Below are positions 9,680 through 18,335 of a stretch of DNA of 64,000 nt, one piece after another. The DNA is taken from positions 1,173 to 65,172 of the forward strand of contig JAPLBJ010000039.1 in NCBI GenBank assembly GCA_026392845.1. The letters run 5' to 3'. Position numbers and translations under genes: made by a program. The stretch's first letter is position 1; each line of letters begins with the position of its first letter. The DNA comes from Actinomycetota bacterium (GTDB taxonomy: Bacteria > Actinomycetota > Actinomycetes > Nanopelagicales > Nanopelagicaceae). Below the pieces are notes generated by a model. It saw only the letters and a list, made by a program, of their open reading frames with translations. It was not told the origin of the DNA and made no database searches.

Positions 9680-11133
9680 GTAAGAAAGTAAAAGTTCGTT
9701 TCGCACCATCGCCAACAGGTGATCTCCACGTTGGAAATATTCGCACCGCACTCTTCGATTGGGCATACGCGCGCCATACCGGTGGAACATTCCTTTTCCG
9801 TATCGAAGATACCGATACAACTCGCGTTACTGATGAATATATTGCAGCGGCAATTGATACTTTGAAATGGCTTGGTTTGCATTTGGATGAGGGCCCAGAA
9901 GTTGGTGGTGAGAATTGTCCTTACTTGCAATCACAACGTCTTGATATCTATGCAATGTGGGCACAGAAATTCCTTGATCAAAAAGATGCATACCACTGCT
10001 ATTGCAGTGCAGAAGAGTTGGAAGCAACACGCGAAAGGCAACGCGCAGCAAATGTTGCACCTGGTTATGACGGAACATGTAGAGATTTGAGTGCTGACCA
10101 AATTGCTGCTCATAAAGATAATGGTCGAATTCCAGTAATCCGTATGCGTATGCCAGATGGTGGAACTACTTTTGTTGACCAAATTCGTGGTGAGGTTTCC
10201 TTTGATCACAAGTTTGTGCCGGACTTTGTATTGGTGAGAGGCGATGGTTCGCCTCTCTATACGCTCGCTGTTGCAGTCGATGATGTTTTAATGAAAGTAA
10301 CGCATGTTCTACGTGGAGAAGATTTACTCTCATCCACTCCTCGCCAGATTCGTGTCTATCAAGCAATGGGTGTCGCAGAGGCTGACTATCCACTCTTTGC
10401 ACACTTGCCATTCGTTATGGGCCAAGACAACGCAAAACTTTCAAAGCGCAACGGTGAGGTTTCAATTGCTTGGTATCGAGATAAAGGTTTCTTGCCAGAA
10501 GCTATTTGTAACTATTTAGCACTTCTCGGCTGGTCACCAGGGGACGATCGTGAGAATGTTTCAATGAAAGAGATTTGCGAACTCTTCACAGTAGAAAAGG
10601 TTCACTCTTCACCTGCTCGCTTTGATATGAAGAAACTTGAAGCAATCAACGGTGACAAGATTCGAGCCCTCACTATTGATGAATTTCTCACTTGGTCACT
10701 GCCGTTTCTTACAAAAGAGAAGGTCATCACTGGCACCGATGCAGAGATTGCTCTTGTAAAGAAAGCGCTTCCACTAATTCAAGAGCGCATCATTATGCTC
10801 AGTGAAATCCCACAGATGCTCAAATTCCTCTTTGTCACAAAGTTTGAAGTAGAAGCAGATTCTGTTTCAAAGATTACAGATGATGCATCGAAGAGTGTTC
10901 TCAAGCGTGCACTCAAGGAATTGGAACCAATCACTCAGTGGAGCCATGATTCAATCGAAGGCGCACTACGTTCTTCTTTGATTGAAGATATGGGACTCAA
11001 GCCACGTATTGCATTTGGCGCGGTTCGTATTGCAATAACTGGTAGCACCATTTCACCACCACTATTTGAATCAATGGAATTACTCGGCAAAGATGCATCT
11101 TTAGCCCGTATCTCGCAGGCTCTTGCACTCTAA
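9676..11133 (+). CDS. gltX: Glutamate--tRNA ligase
   Basis: Class I HIGH-type motif (SPTGDLHVGNIRTALF) and KLSKR (KMSKS equivalent). ATGA overlap with the upstream gene; tRNA-Gln and tRNA-Glu follow. Confidence 0.9.
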   Translation: MSKKVKVRFAPSPTGDLHVGNIRTALFDWAYARHTGGTFLFRIEDTDTTRVTDEYIAAAIDTLKWLGLHLDEGPEVGGENCPYLQSQRLDIYAMWAQKFLDQKDAYHCYCSAEELEATRERQRAANVAPGYDGTCRDLSADQIAAHKDNGRIPVIRMRMPDGGTTFVDQIRGEVSFDHKFVPDFVLVRGDGSPLYTLAVAVDDVLMKVTHVLRGEDLLSSTPRQIRVYQAMGVAEADYPLFAHLPFVMGQDNAKLSKRNGEVSIAWYRDKGFLPEAICNYLALLGWSPGDDRENVSMKEICELFTVEKVHSSPARFDMKKLEAINGDKIRALTIDEFLTWSLPFLTKEKVITGTDAEIALVKKALPLIQERIIMLSEIPQMLKFLFVTKFEVEADSVSKITDDASKSVLKRALKELEPITQWSHDSIEGALRSSLIEDMGLKPRIAFGAVRIAITGSTISPPLFESMELLGKDASLARISQALAL

Positions 11134-11162
11134 TCTTTACGGTATTCTTACGCCTGCACTAT

Positions 11163-11234
11163 TGGGGTATGGGGTAATTGGCAGCCCTGCTGATTCTGGT
11201 TCAGTAAGTCTAGGTTCGAGTCCTGGTACCCCAG
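11163..11234 (+). tRNA. tRNA-Gln (anticodon CTG)
   Basis: Hand-folded cloverleaf: acceptor TGGGGTA/TACCCCA, D stem GGGT/GCCC, anticodon stem GCTGA/TCAGT with loop TTCTGGT, T arm CTAGG-TTCGAGT-CCTGG. CCA is not encoded. Confidence 0.85.
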
Positions 11235-11293
11235 CGAAAGCGAAGTACAACTACATATCGTTCTAGGAAATTATGTCTAAGTATGTAAACACT

Positions 11294-11734
11294 TTACATA
11301 TGAAGATCTATGGCCCCGTCGTCTAGCGGCCTAGGACTCTGGCTTCTCAAGTCAGCTACGAGGGTTCGAATCCCTTCGGGGCTACCAACAAAATCTCTTA
11401 TCTCGTACGTGTGCGAGGTGAGAGATTTTTTATTAGTAAAAATTGTTCCATCAACACAGCTGGGATCGCAGTTATTTGCAACATATTTCCCAGTACCTTC
11501 AGCGCCATCCTTATTCCACTGTGTCCACTCAACTTCCCAAATTCCAACACCGCCATCGGCACAGAACTTGAGTAAGGCATCGGGTTTGTAATCAACAGTG
11601 TCGCAATTAGTTACATAGAGCTGTTGCGAAACAGCGCGGTGAATATATGTATATCCGCCAACGCCAAGGCCAACAACTGTGGCAAGGAGAACTAACCATC
11701 CCTTAGAGCGGCGAGCTTTTTCGAAATGACTCAT
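11294..11734 (-). CDS. Hypothetical N-terminally membrane-anchored, Cys-containing protein; the 3' end is suspect because the ORF runs through the terminator hairpin and tRNA-Glu
   Basis: ORF with TM helix (WLVLLATVVGLGVGGYTYI) and 4 Cys. There is no stop codon until 11294, so the last ~45 codons are antisense to the hairpin and the tRNA. Confidence 0.4.
   Translation of the reverse strand: MSHFEKARRSKGWLVLLATVVGLGVGGYTYIHRAVSQQLYVTNCDTVDYKPDALLKFCADGGVGIWEVEWTQWNKDGAEGTGKYVANNCDPSCVDGTIFTNKKSLTSHTYEIRDFVGSPEGIRTLVADLRSQSPRPLDDGAIDLHM
11312..11387 (+). tRNA. tRNA-Glu (anticodon CTC), CCA encoded
   Basis: Hand-folded: acceptor GGCCCCG/CGGGGCT, D stem GTCT/GGAC, anticodon stem CTGGC/GTCAG with loop TTCTCAA, T loop GGTTCGAATCC, 3' ACCA. 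Confidence 0.85.
11390..11432. terminator. Bidirectional intrinsic-terminator-like hairpin directly after tRNA-Glu
   Basis: AAAATCTCT-TA-TCTCG (loop) CGAGG-TG-AGAGATTTT followed by a T run on the + strand; an A run precedes it, so it also reads as hairpin plus U-tract on the minus strand. Confidence 0.6.
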
Positions 11735-11759
11735 ACCGAGAGTCTAAAGCGGAAAGTGG

Positions 11760-14036
11760 CTATCCAATCGAAACTGGAGTGCGAAGCACACGATCATGTG
11801 GCACTACGCGCTTTGAACCAGAGACATTGAGGCTCTTGCTCGACTTGATATCACTTGAAGATGATCCAAGTTTGAGAACAATTTCGCCAGCATCCATGAT
11901 GCGCACAACATCGAAACCCAACAAGGTAATGATGGGGCGAGCAACTTCTGCAACAGGATCTTCGAAATAGAGCTGTACAACTTCAGTTCCTTCACGAGCA
12001 CCCGAATTTGTGATTGAACATGAAGCGGTGAGCTTTCCATTAGTCGATATTTCATTGGTACTAAGCGTTAATTCAGAGTACTTGAATGTTGTGTAAGTCA
12101 GTCCATGACCGAATGTAAATAATGGAATCGAATCCACGGGACTGATATTGAGTCCTGGTTGGCCATATTTTGGATGTAAATACGTAGATGGCTGACCTGA
12201 AACATTTGTTGGAATTTCAACAGGAAGTCGACCGCTTGGCGAAATTGTTCCATTGATAACTTCTGCAATGGCAGTGCCACCTTCTTCACCTGGCATAAAT
12301 GCTTGAATCATGGCCTTGGCACGATCTGCATAATCACCCATCGCATACGGACGACCAGATACAGAAACAATAATGGCTGGAGTTCCTGAGTTCAGACATG
12401 CATCAAGGAGCTGACCTTGTGCGCCAGGAAGTGTCAGATCTGCAACGTCATTACCCTCACCAGAAGTTCCACGACCAAAGAGGCCCGCGCGATCTCCAAC
12501 TACAACAATTGCTAAGTCAGCTTTATCGACGGCAGCACGTGCAGCCGGAATTCCTGAAGTATCGAAATCTTTTACAGGGCATCCAACAACAGAAGTAACA
12601 TTGGCTCCCTTGAAGGCTGTCGCAATTGCACTCTTGATTGAAGGAACTTCAATACCTAAACCAGAACCAGGTGTCATAGCCATAACGTGATTAGCAAATG
12701 AATAGCAACCTAGGAATGCGCCACCATCGTCACCACATGGGCCGACAACAACAATGTTCTTTGGGGAATTTGTAATCGGCAAGAATGAATCCTTGTTAGA
12801 TAGAAGAATCACACTCTCACGCGCTGCCTCTAATGCAACAGCGCGATTTGCTGCAGAATCAAAATTCACCGTTGCTAAATCCGCAGTGATATCGCGCTCA
12901 GGTGTCCAGTCAGCATCTAGAAGTCCAAGTTCTAATTTGTGATTGAGATGGCGAATGAGGGCTCTGTCTAAGAATTTTTCATCAAATTTTCCTGCGCGAA
13001 TAAGTGCCACTAGGCCATCGCTGTAGCAACGAGTTGCTGGCAATTCCACATCAATGCCTGCAATCAGGGCAAGTGCTCCTGCCTGAACTTCGTCCTCTGC
13101 TACGCGGTGCATTACTTCAAGGAAGCTAATAGCCCAGTAGTCAGAGACAACGGTGCCATCAAAGTTCAATTCATCGCGCAGGATAGTTGTAAATATCTTT
13201 GGATCTGCTGCGCATGGAAGTCCATCAACATCTGTATATGAGTTCATTACAGATTTGACGCCACCTTCGCGAATTGCCATTTCAAAGGGAGGCAACATGA
13301 AGTCATACATTTCGCGCCATCCCATTGAAACCGGGCCGTGATTACGCGCAGCGCGTGATGATGAGTGACCAAAGAAATGCTTGAGAGTTGCAATGATTCC
13401 AACAGACTGCAATCCCTTTACATATGCAGTACCTGCAACGGCAGATAGATATGGATCTTCGCCCATAGTCTCTTCAACGCGTCCCCATCGGTAATCGCGA
13501 ACAGTATCTAGAACAGGGGAGAGGCCTTGATGCACACCAACAGATTTCATATCTCTACCCATGGCTGCAGAAACTTTTTCAATTACTTTTTCATCAAATG
13601 TTGCAGCAAGACCAAGCGGTGTGGGAAATGAAGTAGCCCCCAGTGTTGTAAATCCAGTCAGACATTCCTCATGAACAATTGCTGGAATTCCTAGTCGCGT
13701 TTCTTTTACTAAACGCTTCTGCCATTCAATAATTTTGCGAGCGCCATCAGCTGCTGCAATTGGCTTAGTTCCAAATACACGTGTGAATTGTCCAAGGCCA
13801 TTCTTTGTTGCTGCCTCCCATGTAAGTGGTTGAGCAACTTTTTCAAAAATAGGTACGTTATCTACAAGAGACTCTTCCTTGTCTTCACTCGCAGGTGCAA
13901 ATAATGCGAACTCATACCAAATACTGCCCAGCTGACCCATCTTCTCCTCAAGTGTCATCTCAGCCATCAGCAGAGCAATACGATCTTCAGGGCTCTTGCT
14001 TGTATCAGTCCAGGGACGCTCGATTGGATTTGTCAT
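11760..14036 (-). CDS. GH3 beta-glucosidase (BglX-like), no signal peptide
   Basis: GH3 motifs GRVEETMGEDPYL and FDGTVVSDYWA (nucleophile Asp region), with a C-terminal Fn3-like region VVQLYFEDPVAEVARP. Divergent from a sugar ABC operon. Confidence 0.85.
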   Translation of the reverse strand: MTNPIERPWTDTSKSPEDRIALLMAEMTLEEKMGQLGSIWYEFALFAPASEDKEESLVDNVPIFEKVAQPLTWEAATKNGLGQFTRVFGTKPIAAADGARKIIEWQKRLVKETRLGIPAIVHEECLTGFTTLGATSFPTPLGLAATFDEKVIEKVSAAMGRDMKSVGVHQGLSPVLDTVRDYRWGRVEETMGEDPYLSAVAGTAYVKGLQSVGIIATLKHFFGHSSSRAARNHGPVSMGWREMYDFMLPPFEMAIREGGVKSVMNSYTDVDGLPCAADPKIFTTILRDELNFDGTVVSDYWAISFLEVMHRVAEDEVQAGALALIAGIDVELPATRCYSDGLVALIRAGKFDEKFLDRALIRHLNHKLELGLLDADWTPERDITADLATVNFDSAANRAVALEAARESVILLSNKDSFLPITNSPKNIVVVGPCGDDGGAFLGCYSFANHVMAMTPGSGLGIEVPSIKSAIATAFKGANVTSVVGCPVKDFDTSGIPAARAAVDKADLAIVVVGDRAGLFGRGTSGEGNDVADLTLPGAQGQLLDACLNSGTPAIIVSVSGRPYAMGDYADRAKAMIQAFMPGEEGGTAIAEVINGTISPSGRLPVEIPTNVSGQPSTYLHPKYGQPGLNISPVDSIPLFTFGHGLTYTTFKYSELTLSTNEISTNGKLTASCSITNSGAREGTEVVQLYFEDPVAEVARPIITLLGFDVVRIMDAGEIVLKLGSSSSDIKSSKSLNVSGSKRVVPHDRVLRTPVSIG

Positions 14037-14077
14037 TGTGTTCCTTTGGCTAGGGCCTACATCTGTAGGTGATTTGT

Positions 14078-14087
14078 GAGCGCGCTC
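14078..14087. promoter_or_regulatory. Candidate LacI/CebR-type operator 1 (GAGCGCGCTC)
   Basis: Perfect 10-bp palindrome in the divergent GH3 / ABC intergenic region. The core resembles the Streptomyces CebR box TGGGAGCGCTCCCA, with an extra central CG. Confidence 0.4.
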
Positions 14088-14137
14088 TCTCGAAATATAC
14101 GCTCAGGAGGAGATTGTTATCAATTCGTTGTAATAAA

Positions 14138-14157
14138 GCAAGAGAGCGCTCTATTGC
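14138..14157. promoter_or_regulatory. Candidate LacI/CebR-type operator 2 (GCAAgAGAGCGCTCTaTTGC)
   Basis: 18 of 20 positions are self-complementary. The core AGAGCGCTCT is a perfect palindrome sharing GAGCGCTC with the CebR box. It lies ~100 bp upstream of the binding-protein gene. Confidence 0.5.
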
Positions 14158-14253
14158 ATTTCTCTCATTTGGGTCATATGTTGCCCTTATCTCTGTGAGC
14201 CGCGTGAAATACACGAATGGTTTGTGCAGGGAATTGAAATAAGGGGGTCATTC

Positions 14254-15534
14254 ATGAAGAAGTTCATGAATCGAAGGAGCTCAATTCTTTTGGCAGCTGT
14301 CGGAAGCATTGCTCTCGTCTCAGGATATGCAGTTGTTCCTGCACAGGCAGCCGGTCCGATTACGTTCTGGCACATCCAGTCATCAGGTACAGGTCCAAAG
14401 CTCATTCAGGATGCTGTGGATCGTTTTCAAGCTGATAATCCTGGAGTAAAAGTAGAAGTTTCACCAATAGCAAACGATGCATTCAAGGACAAAATTAAGG
14501 TAGCCGTTGGCGCCGATAATGCTCCTTGTATTTTCCCTTCATGGGGTGGCGGTCCGCTTAATGAATATGTTAAAGCTGGCGCAGTAATTCCATTGAATTC
14601 ATATCTAAAGAAAGATAACTATAAGGATCGCTTTGTTCCTGCATCATGGTCAAACGTGACCTTCGGTGGAGCAACATATGGCATTCCAGTAGAGAACAGC
14701 TCAATTGCTGTAATTTGGTATGACAAGAAAATATTTGCAAAGTACAAGTTGAAGACACCAAAGACTTGGCCAGAACTTCTTACAGTCGTAAAGACTTTGA
14801 ATACGAACAAGGTTGCACCATTCACACTTGGCGGCGCTTCAAAGTGGCCATCAATTATGTGGTATGACTACTTAGCGGATCGTATTGGCGGAGATGCATT
14901 TGCCAAGGCAGCACTTCGTACAGGCGGATCATTTACTGATCCTGCATTTATCCAAGCAGGAAAGATGCTTCAAGATATGGTTAAGGCTGGTGGATTCATT
15001 AAGGGATTCAATGGTCTCAATTACGACAATGGTCAAAGCGCTGCTCCACTTCTTGGTGGAAAAGCAGCTATGTACCTTATGGGTAACTGGTTGTATGGCG
15101 ATTTTGTTGGTGCAAAGCGCACTGGTGATTTCGGATTCTTCCCATTCCCATCAGTACCTGGTGGAAAGGGAGATGCAACTAACGTTCTTGGAACTGTTGG
15201 AGATAACTACTACAGCATCTCTTCAACTTGTACAGATAAGGCAAATGCATTCAAAGTAATTCAGTATCTTATTGATGATAAGTCAGTAACTGCTCGTATT
15301 GCAGAAGGTCGCATTCCACCTGTAAAGGGCCTTACATTGACAGATCCAAACACAATTGCACTCAATAAAATGATTGCAAATGCAAAGGGCGTACAACTTT
15401 GGTGGGATCAGTACCTTCCACCTGAGTTCGGTGAGCTCCACAAGAATGAAGTGCAAAAGCTCATGGGCTTAGGCACAACTCCAGAGAAGATGGCAGCTGC
15501 TCAAGAGGCGCTCGCCAAGAAAATTCTGGACTAA
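14254..15534 (+). CDS. CUT1-family ABC sugar-binding protein (secreted or lipid-anchored)
   Basis: Signal peptide MKKFMNRRSSILLAAVGSIALVSGYAVVPAQAAG, with an AAGGGGG Shine-Dalgarno sequence upstream of the ATG at 14254. Typical family-1 SBP length, followed by two permease genes. Confidence 0.8.
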   Translation: MKKFMNRRSSILLAAVGSIALVSGYAVVPAQAAGPITFWHIQSSGTGPKLIQDAVDRFQADNPGVKVEVSPIANDAFKDKIKVAVGADNAPCIFPSWGGGPLNEYVKAGAVIPLNSYLKKDNYKDRFVPASWSNVTFGGATYGIPVENSSIAVIWYDKKIFAKYKLKTPKTWPELLTVVKTLNTNKVAPFTLGGASKWPSIMWYDYLADRIGGDAFAKAALRTGGSFTDPAFIQAGKMLQDMVKAGGFIKGFNGLNYDNGQSAAPLLGGKAAMYLMGNWLYGDFVGAKRTGDFGFFPFPSVPGGKGDATNVLGTVGDNYYSISSTCTDKANAFKVIQYLIDDKSVTARIAEGRIPPVKGLTLTDPNTIALNKMIANAKGVQLWWDQYLPPEFGELHKNEVQKLMGLGTTPEKMAAAQEALAKKILD

Positions 15535-15552
15535 GTAAGTAATTGCACAAGG

Positions 15553-15586
15553 CGAAGTGCCAAGACCGAACAGTCTTGGCACTTCG
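15553..15586 (+). terminator. Perfect 14-bp stem-loop between the SBP and permease genes (attenuator or mRNA stabiliser)
   Basis: CGAAGTGCCAAGAC-cgaaca-GTCTTGGCACTTCG followed by TTGTAGTTT. Confidence 0.5.
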
Positions 15587-15634
15587 TTGTAGTTTCAGAT
15601 TTCCACAATGCATAACGGAAGCAGAAAAATATAA

Positions 15635-16528
15635 ATGTCAAAGAAATATGACCCGCTCAAGCCAAATTTTCGAACATTGGCTTGGATGCTTGGTCCATCA
15701 ATAATTCTTCTTTGCGTTTATCTCATATGGCCAATCATTGAATCATTTCGTCTAAGTCTTTTTGATTGGAATGGTTTAGATAAGAGTCAAAAATACGCGG
15801 GCTTCGCCAATTGGAATGAGTTAATCCATGACCCACTGTTCTGGCTATCAGTCAAGAATTCATTTATTTTACTTATTGTTGCCCTACTGATTCAAATACC
15901 ATTGGGCTTGAGTCTAGCAATTCTGCTCTATCGAGGTGGAACACGTTTCCGTTTTTTCAAAATGACGTATTTTTTTCCTGGTCTGATGTCAACGGTTGCA
16001 ATTGCGATTCTATTCAAGCAAGTTTTCGACTATAATTACGGTCTGCTCAATCAAGTTCTACAATCGTTGAACCTCGATTTCCTTATGCAAGATTGGTTGG
16101 GGGATAAGAAACTCGCAATCTTTACTGTTGCCCTTCTTGTCTGTTGGCAATACACCCCCTATTACATGCTGCTTTTCTTGGCTGCACTGAATGGAATTTC
16201 AAGTGATGTTGAAGAAGCATCGGCAATTGATGGTGCGACTAATTGGAAATACACACGATTCATTCAAATACCACTTATCAAGGGAGCAATCGTCACCGCT
16301 GTAACACTAATTACGATTGGATCACTAAAGTATTTTGATTTGATTTGGGTACTCACTGCAGGTGGGCCAGAATCCTCAACAGAGGTGATGGCTTCGTATC
16401 TATATCAAATGGCATTCAAGTCTTATCGCGTTGGGTATGCGTCAACAATTGCTAGCGCGTTATTCCTTATTGTCTTTCTGACGGCGATATTTATTTCAAG
16501 AACTACGCGAAAGGTACGTGAAGCATGA
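15635..16528 (+). CDS. ABC sugar permease (MalF/CebF-like)
   Basis: Six-TM profile and EAA loop EEASAIDGATNWKYTRFIQIPLIKG. Confidence 0.8.
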   Translation: MSKKYDPLKPNFRTLAWMLGPSIILLCVYLIWPIIESFRLSLFDWNGLDKSQKYAGFANWNELIHDPLFWLSVKNSFILLIVALLIQIPLGLSLAILLYRGGTRFRFFKMTYFFPGLMSTVAIAILFKQVFDYNYGLLNQVLQSLNLDFLMQDWLGDKKLAIFTVALLVCWQYTPYYMLLFLAALNGISSDVEEASAIDGATNWKYTRFIQIPLIKGAIVTAVTLITIGSLKYFDLIWVLTAGGPESSTEVMASYLYQMAFKSYRVGYASTIASALFLIVFLTAIFISRTTRKVREA

Positions 16529-17400
16529 GTCTGTTGAAGAGTCGTAGCACTGCGAAAATACCAAAGGTATATACATTTCGCCGCCCAAAGTTATCTGTTC
16601 TATCCTGGATCGTTGCGCTTCTATGGTTACTGGTAGCGCTTGTTCCATATTTTTTCATGATTGGTTTTGGCTTCAAAGGGCAGAATGAGTTATTTAGCTC
16701 TCCGGCATGGAAGCCACCTGCCAAGTGGGATCCAGTAAATTTTCTCTTGGTTCTCCAGGGTACCTATTTTAGAGCTTTGCTCAATAGCATTATTGTCGTT
16801 GTTGTATCAATGGTCATCGTTGTCCTAATTGCTTCATCTGCATCTTTTGCATTTGCACGATTGCGTTTTCGTGGAAATGCGATCATCTTTAGTGCGGTAG
16901 TTGCAGGTTTGATTGTTCCCCAACATACAACTCTGATTCCAATCTATATTCTGACCAATAAGCTCCATGTTTATGATTCGCTTGCCGCTCTCATTGGTCC
17001 ATATGTTGCATTTGCCATTCCAATTACAATCTTTATCTTGACACAATTTATGCGAGAAATTCCAAAAGATTTTTTTGAGGCAGCAATTGTGGATGGAGCA
17101 TCTCACTCTCGTGTCTTCTTCAAGGTTTATCTTCCATTAGCTCGTACCGCGCTCGTAACCGTGGTAATTTTCAATTCAGTTGCACTGTGGAATGAATTTT
17201 TGTTTGCATATGTACTCACATCAAGTAGCAATAAGCGAACATTGCCCCTCACTGTTTTTGATTATCAAGGACAATATGCCTCAAATACTCCAGCGATTAT
17301 GGCAGCTCTCACACTTGCAGCGGTTCCATTGTTCTCGGCATATTTCATATTCCAAGAAAAGTTAGTAAACGGCGTAATGGCCGGGGCTATCAAGTCCTAA
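16525..17400 (+). CDS. ABC sugar permease (MalG/CebG-like)
   Basis: EAA loop FEAAIVDGASHSRVFFKVYLPLA; 4-nt overlap with the upstream permease gene. Confidence 0.8.
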   Translation: MSLLKSRSTAKIPKVYTFRRPKLSVLSWIVALLWLLVALVPYFFMIGFGFKGQNELFSSPAWKPPAKWDPVNFLLVLQGTYFRALLNSIIVVVVSMVIVVLIASSASFAFARLRFRGNAIIFSAVVAGLIVPQHTTLIPIYILTNKLHVYDSLAALIGPYVAFAIPITIFILTQFMREIPKDFFEAAIVDGASHSRVFFKVYLPLARTALVTVVIFNSVALWNEFLFAYVLTSSSNKRTLPLTVFDYQGQYASNTPAIMAALTLAAVPLFSAYFIFQEKLVNGVMAGAIKS

Positions 17401-17418
17401 TCTGCCAAACTATTCCTC

Positions 17419-18334
17419 ATGCCTACGACGTCGCGTCCAACCCTTGAAGATGTAGCACGAGTCTCTGGATATTCGAGAGCGACTATTTCTCGTGTTGTCC
17501 GCAACGTAGACAATGTTGATCCACGCATTGTTCTAAAAGTTAATGAGGCTATTGAAAAGACAGGTTATCGAATCAACCTTGCTGCTCGTGCGCTTGCAGG
17601 AGGTTCAACACAAACAATCGGAGTTGTTTTCCGGGAGAATTTTGGAGATCTATTCCAGAATTCTTACTGGGGTCAAGTTTTAGAGGGCGTATATGCATCT
17701 CTCTCAAAAGTAAATTATCAACAAGTATTTCTTATCAATGATTCCGAGCATTTCAGACAAGTAGAGCAATATCTTCTCAATGGTCACGTTTCCAGTCCCT
17801 TACGTCAATGGTGATGAGCAGATGGGCGGTTCAATTGCAGCCGAATTTTTGCTAAAACAAGGCGCAGAGAGATTGGGAGTAATTTCAGGCGGTAAAGGCA
17901 TTAACGCATCAAAATATCGCACTCAGGGTTTTACTTCCTATTTAGAGGGCATAGATTATCATTTTGAAAAGAGCGCAATACAAGCGGGTGATTTCACTAG
18001 GGAAGGTGCTGCCAAAGCTACAGAAGAATTATTGAGTAAGCATCCAGATATTGATGGAATTTATGTATTGAGTGATTTGATGTCAACTGGTGTTCTTGAG
18101 AAATTGCGTGAACTTGGTAAACGCGTACCAGAGGATATTATGTTGGTAAGTATGGACAACTCACCGACTGCATTGAGTACCAATCCTCAATTGACAAGTA
18201 TTGGTTACAACGCTTTTGATGGCGGTAAGTTACTGGGTGAGTTGATACTAGAAGCAATTGCTGGAAAACCAGCACGTAGCGTAACTTTTATGCCAAGCCT
18301 TATTGAGCGCGAAAGCACAAAGCGTAAGAAATAG
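17419..18334 (+). pseudogene. LacI/CebR-family repressor, frame-shifted and about 35 aa short
   Basis: The HTH (LEDVARVSGYSRATISRVVRN) and the start of the sugar-binding domain are in ORF 17419-17814; the remainder (GGSIAAEFLLKQGAERLGVISG...) is in ORF 17780-18334 in a different frame. Combined length is ~300 aa against ~340 typical. Confidence 0.75.
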
Positions 18335-18335
18335 A

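Noticed and set aside
9445-9930. 161-aa minus-strand ORF across the FAH/gltX junction, plus other antisense ORFs of 100-150 aa (2823-3200, 5129-5503, 21205-21591, 28142-28561, 37922-38371, 39399-39731, 41195-41566, 46951-47382, 49010-49468, 56413-56871, 63208-63618)
   Set aside because: All lie entirely inside well-supported genes on the opposite strand or in another frame. None has a recognisable motif or ribosome-binding site, so they are treated as chance ORFs.
11283-11299. Small inverted repeat TATGTAAA-cac-TTTACATA between the two tRNA genes
   Set aside because: It is an AT-only 8-bp stem with a 3-nt loop, too weak to call as a terminator or processing signal without conservation data.
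11134-11760. Integrative element at the tRNA-Gln/tRNA-Glu locus
   Set aside because: No integrase, excisionase or transposase ORF is present anywhere in the window, and I did not spot a direct repeat of the tRNA 3' end. The change from core to sugar genes here is noted, but mobility is unsupported.
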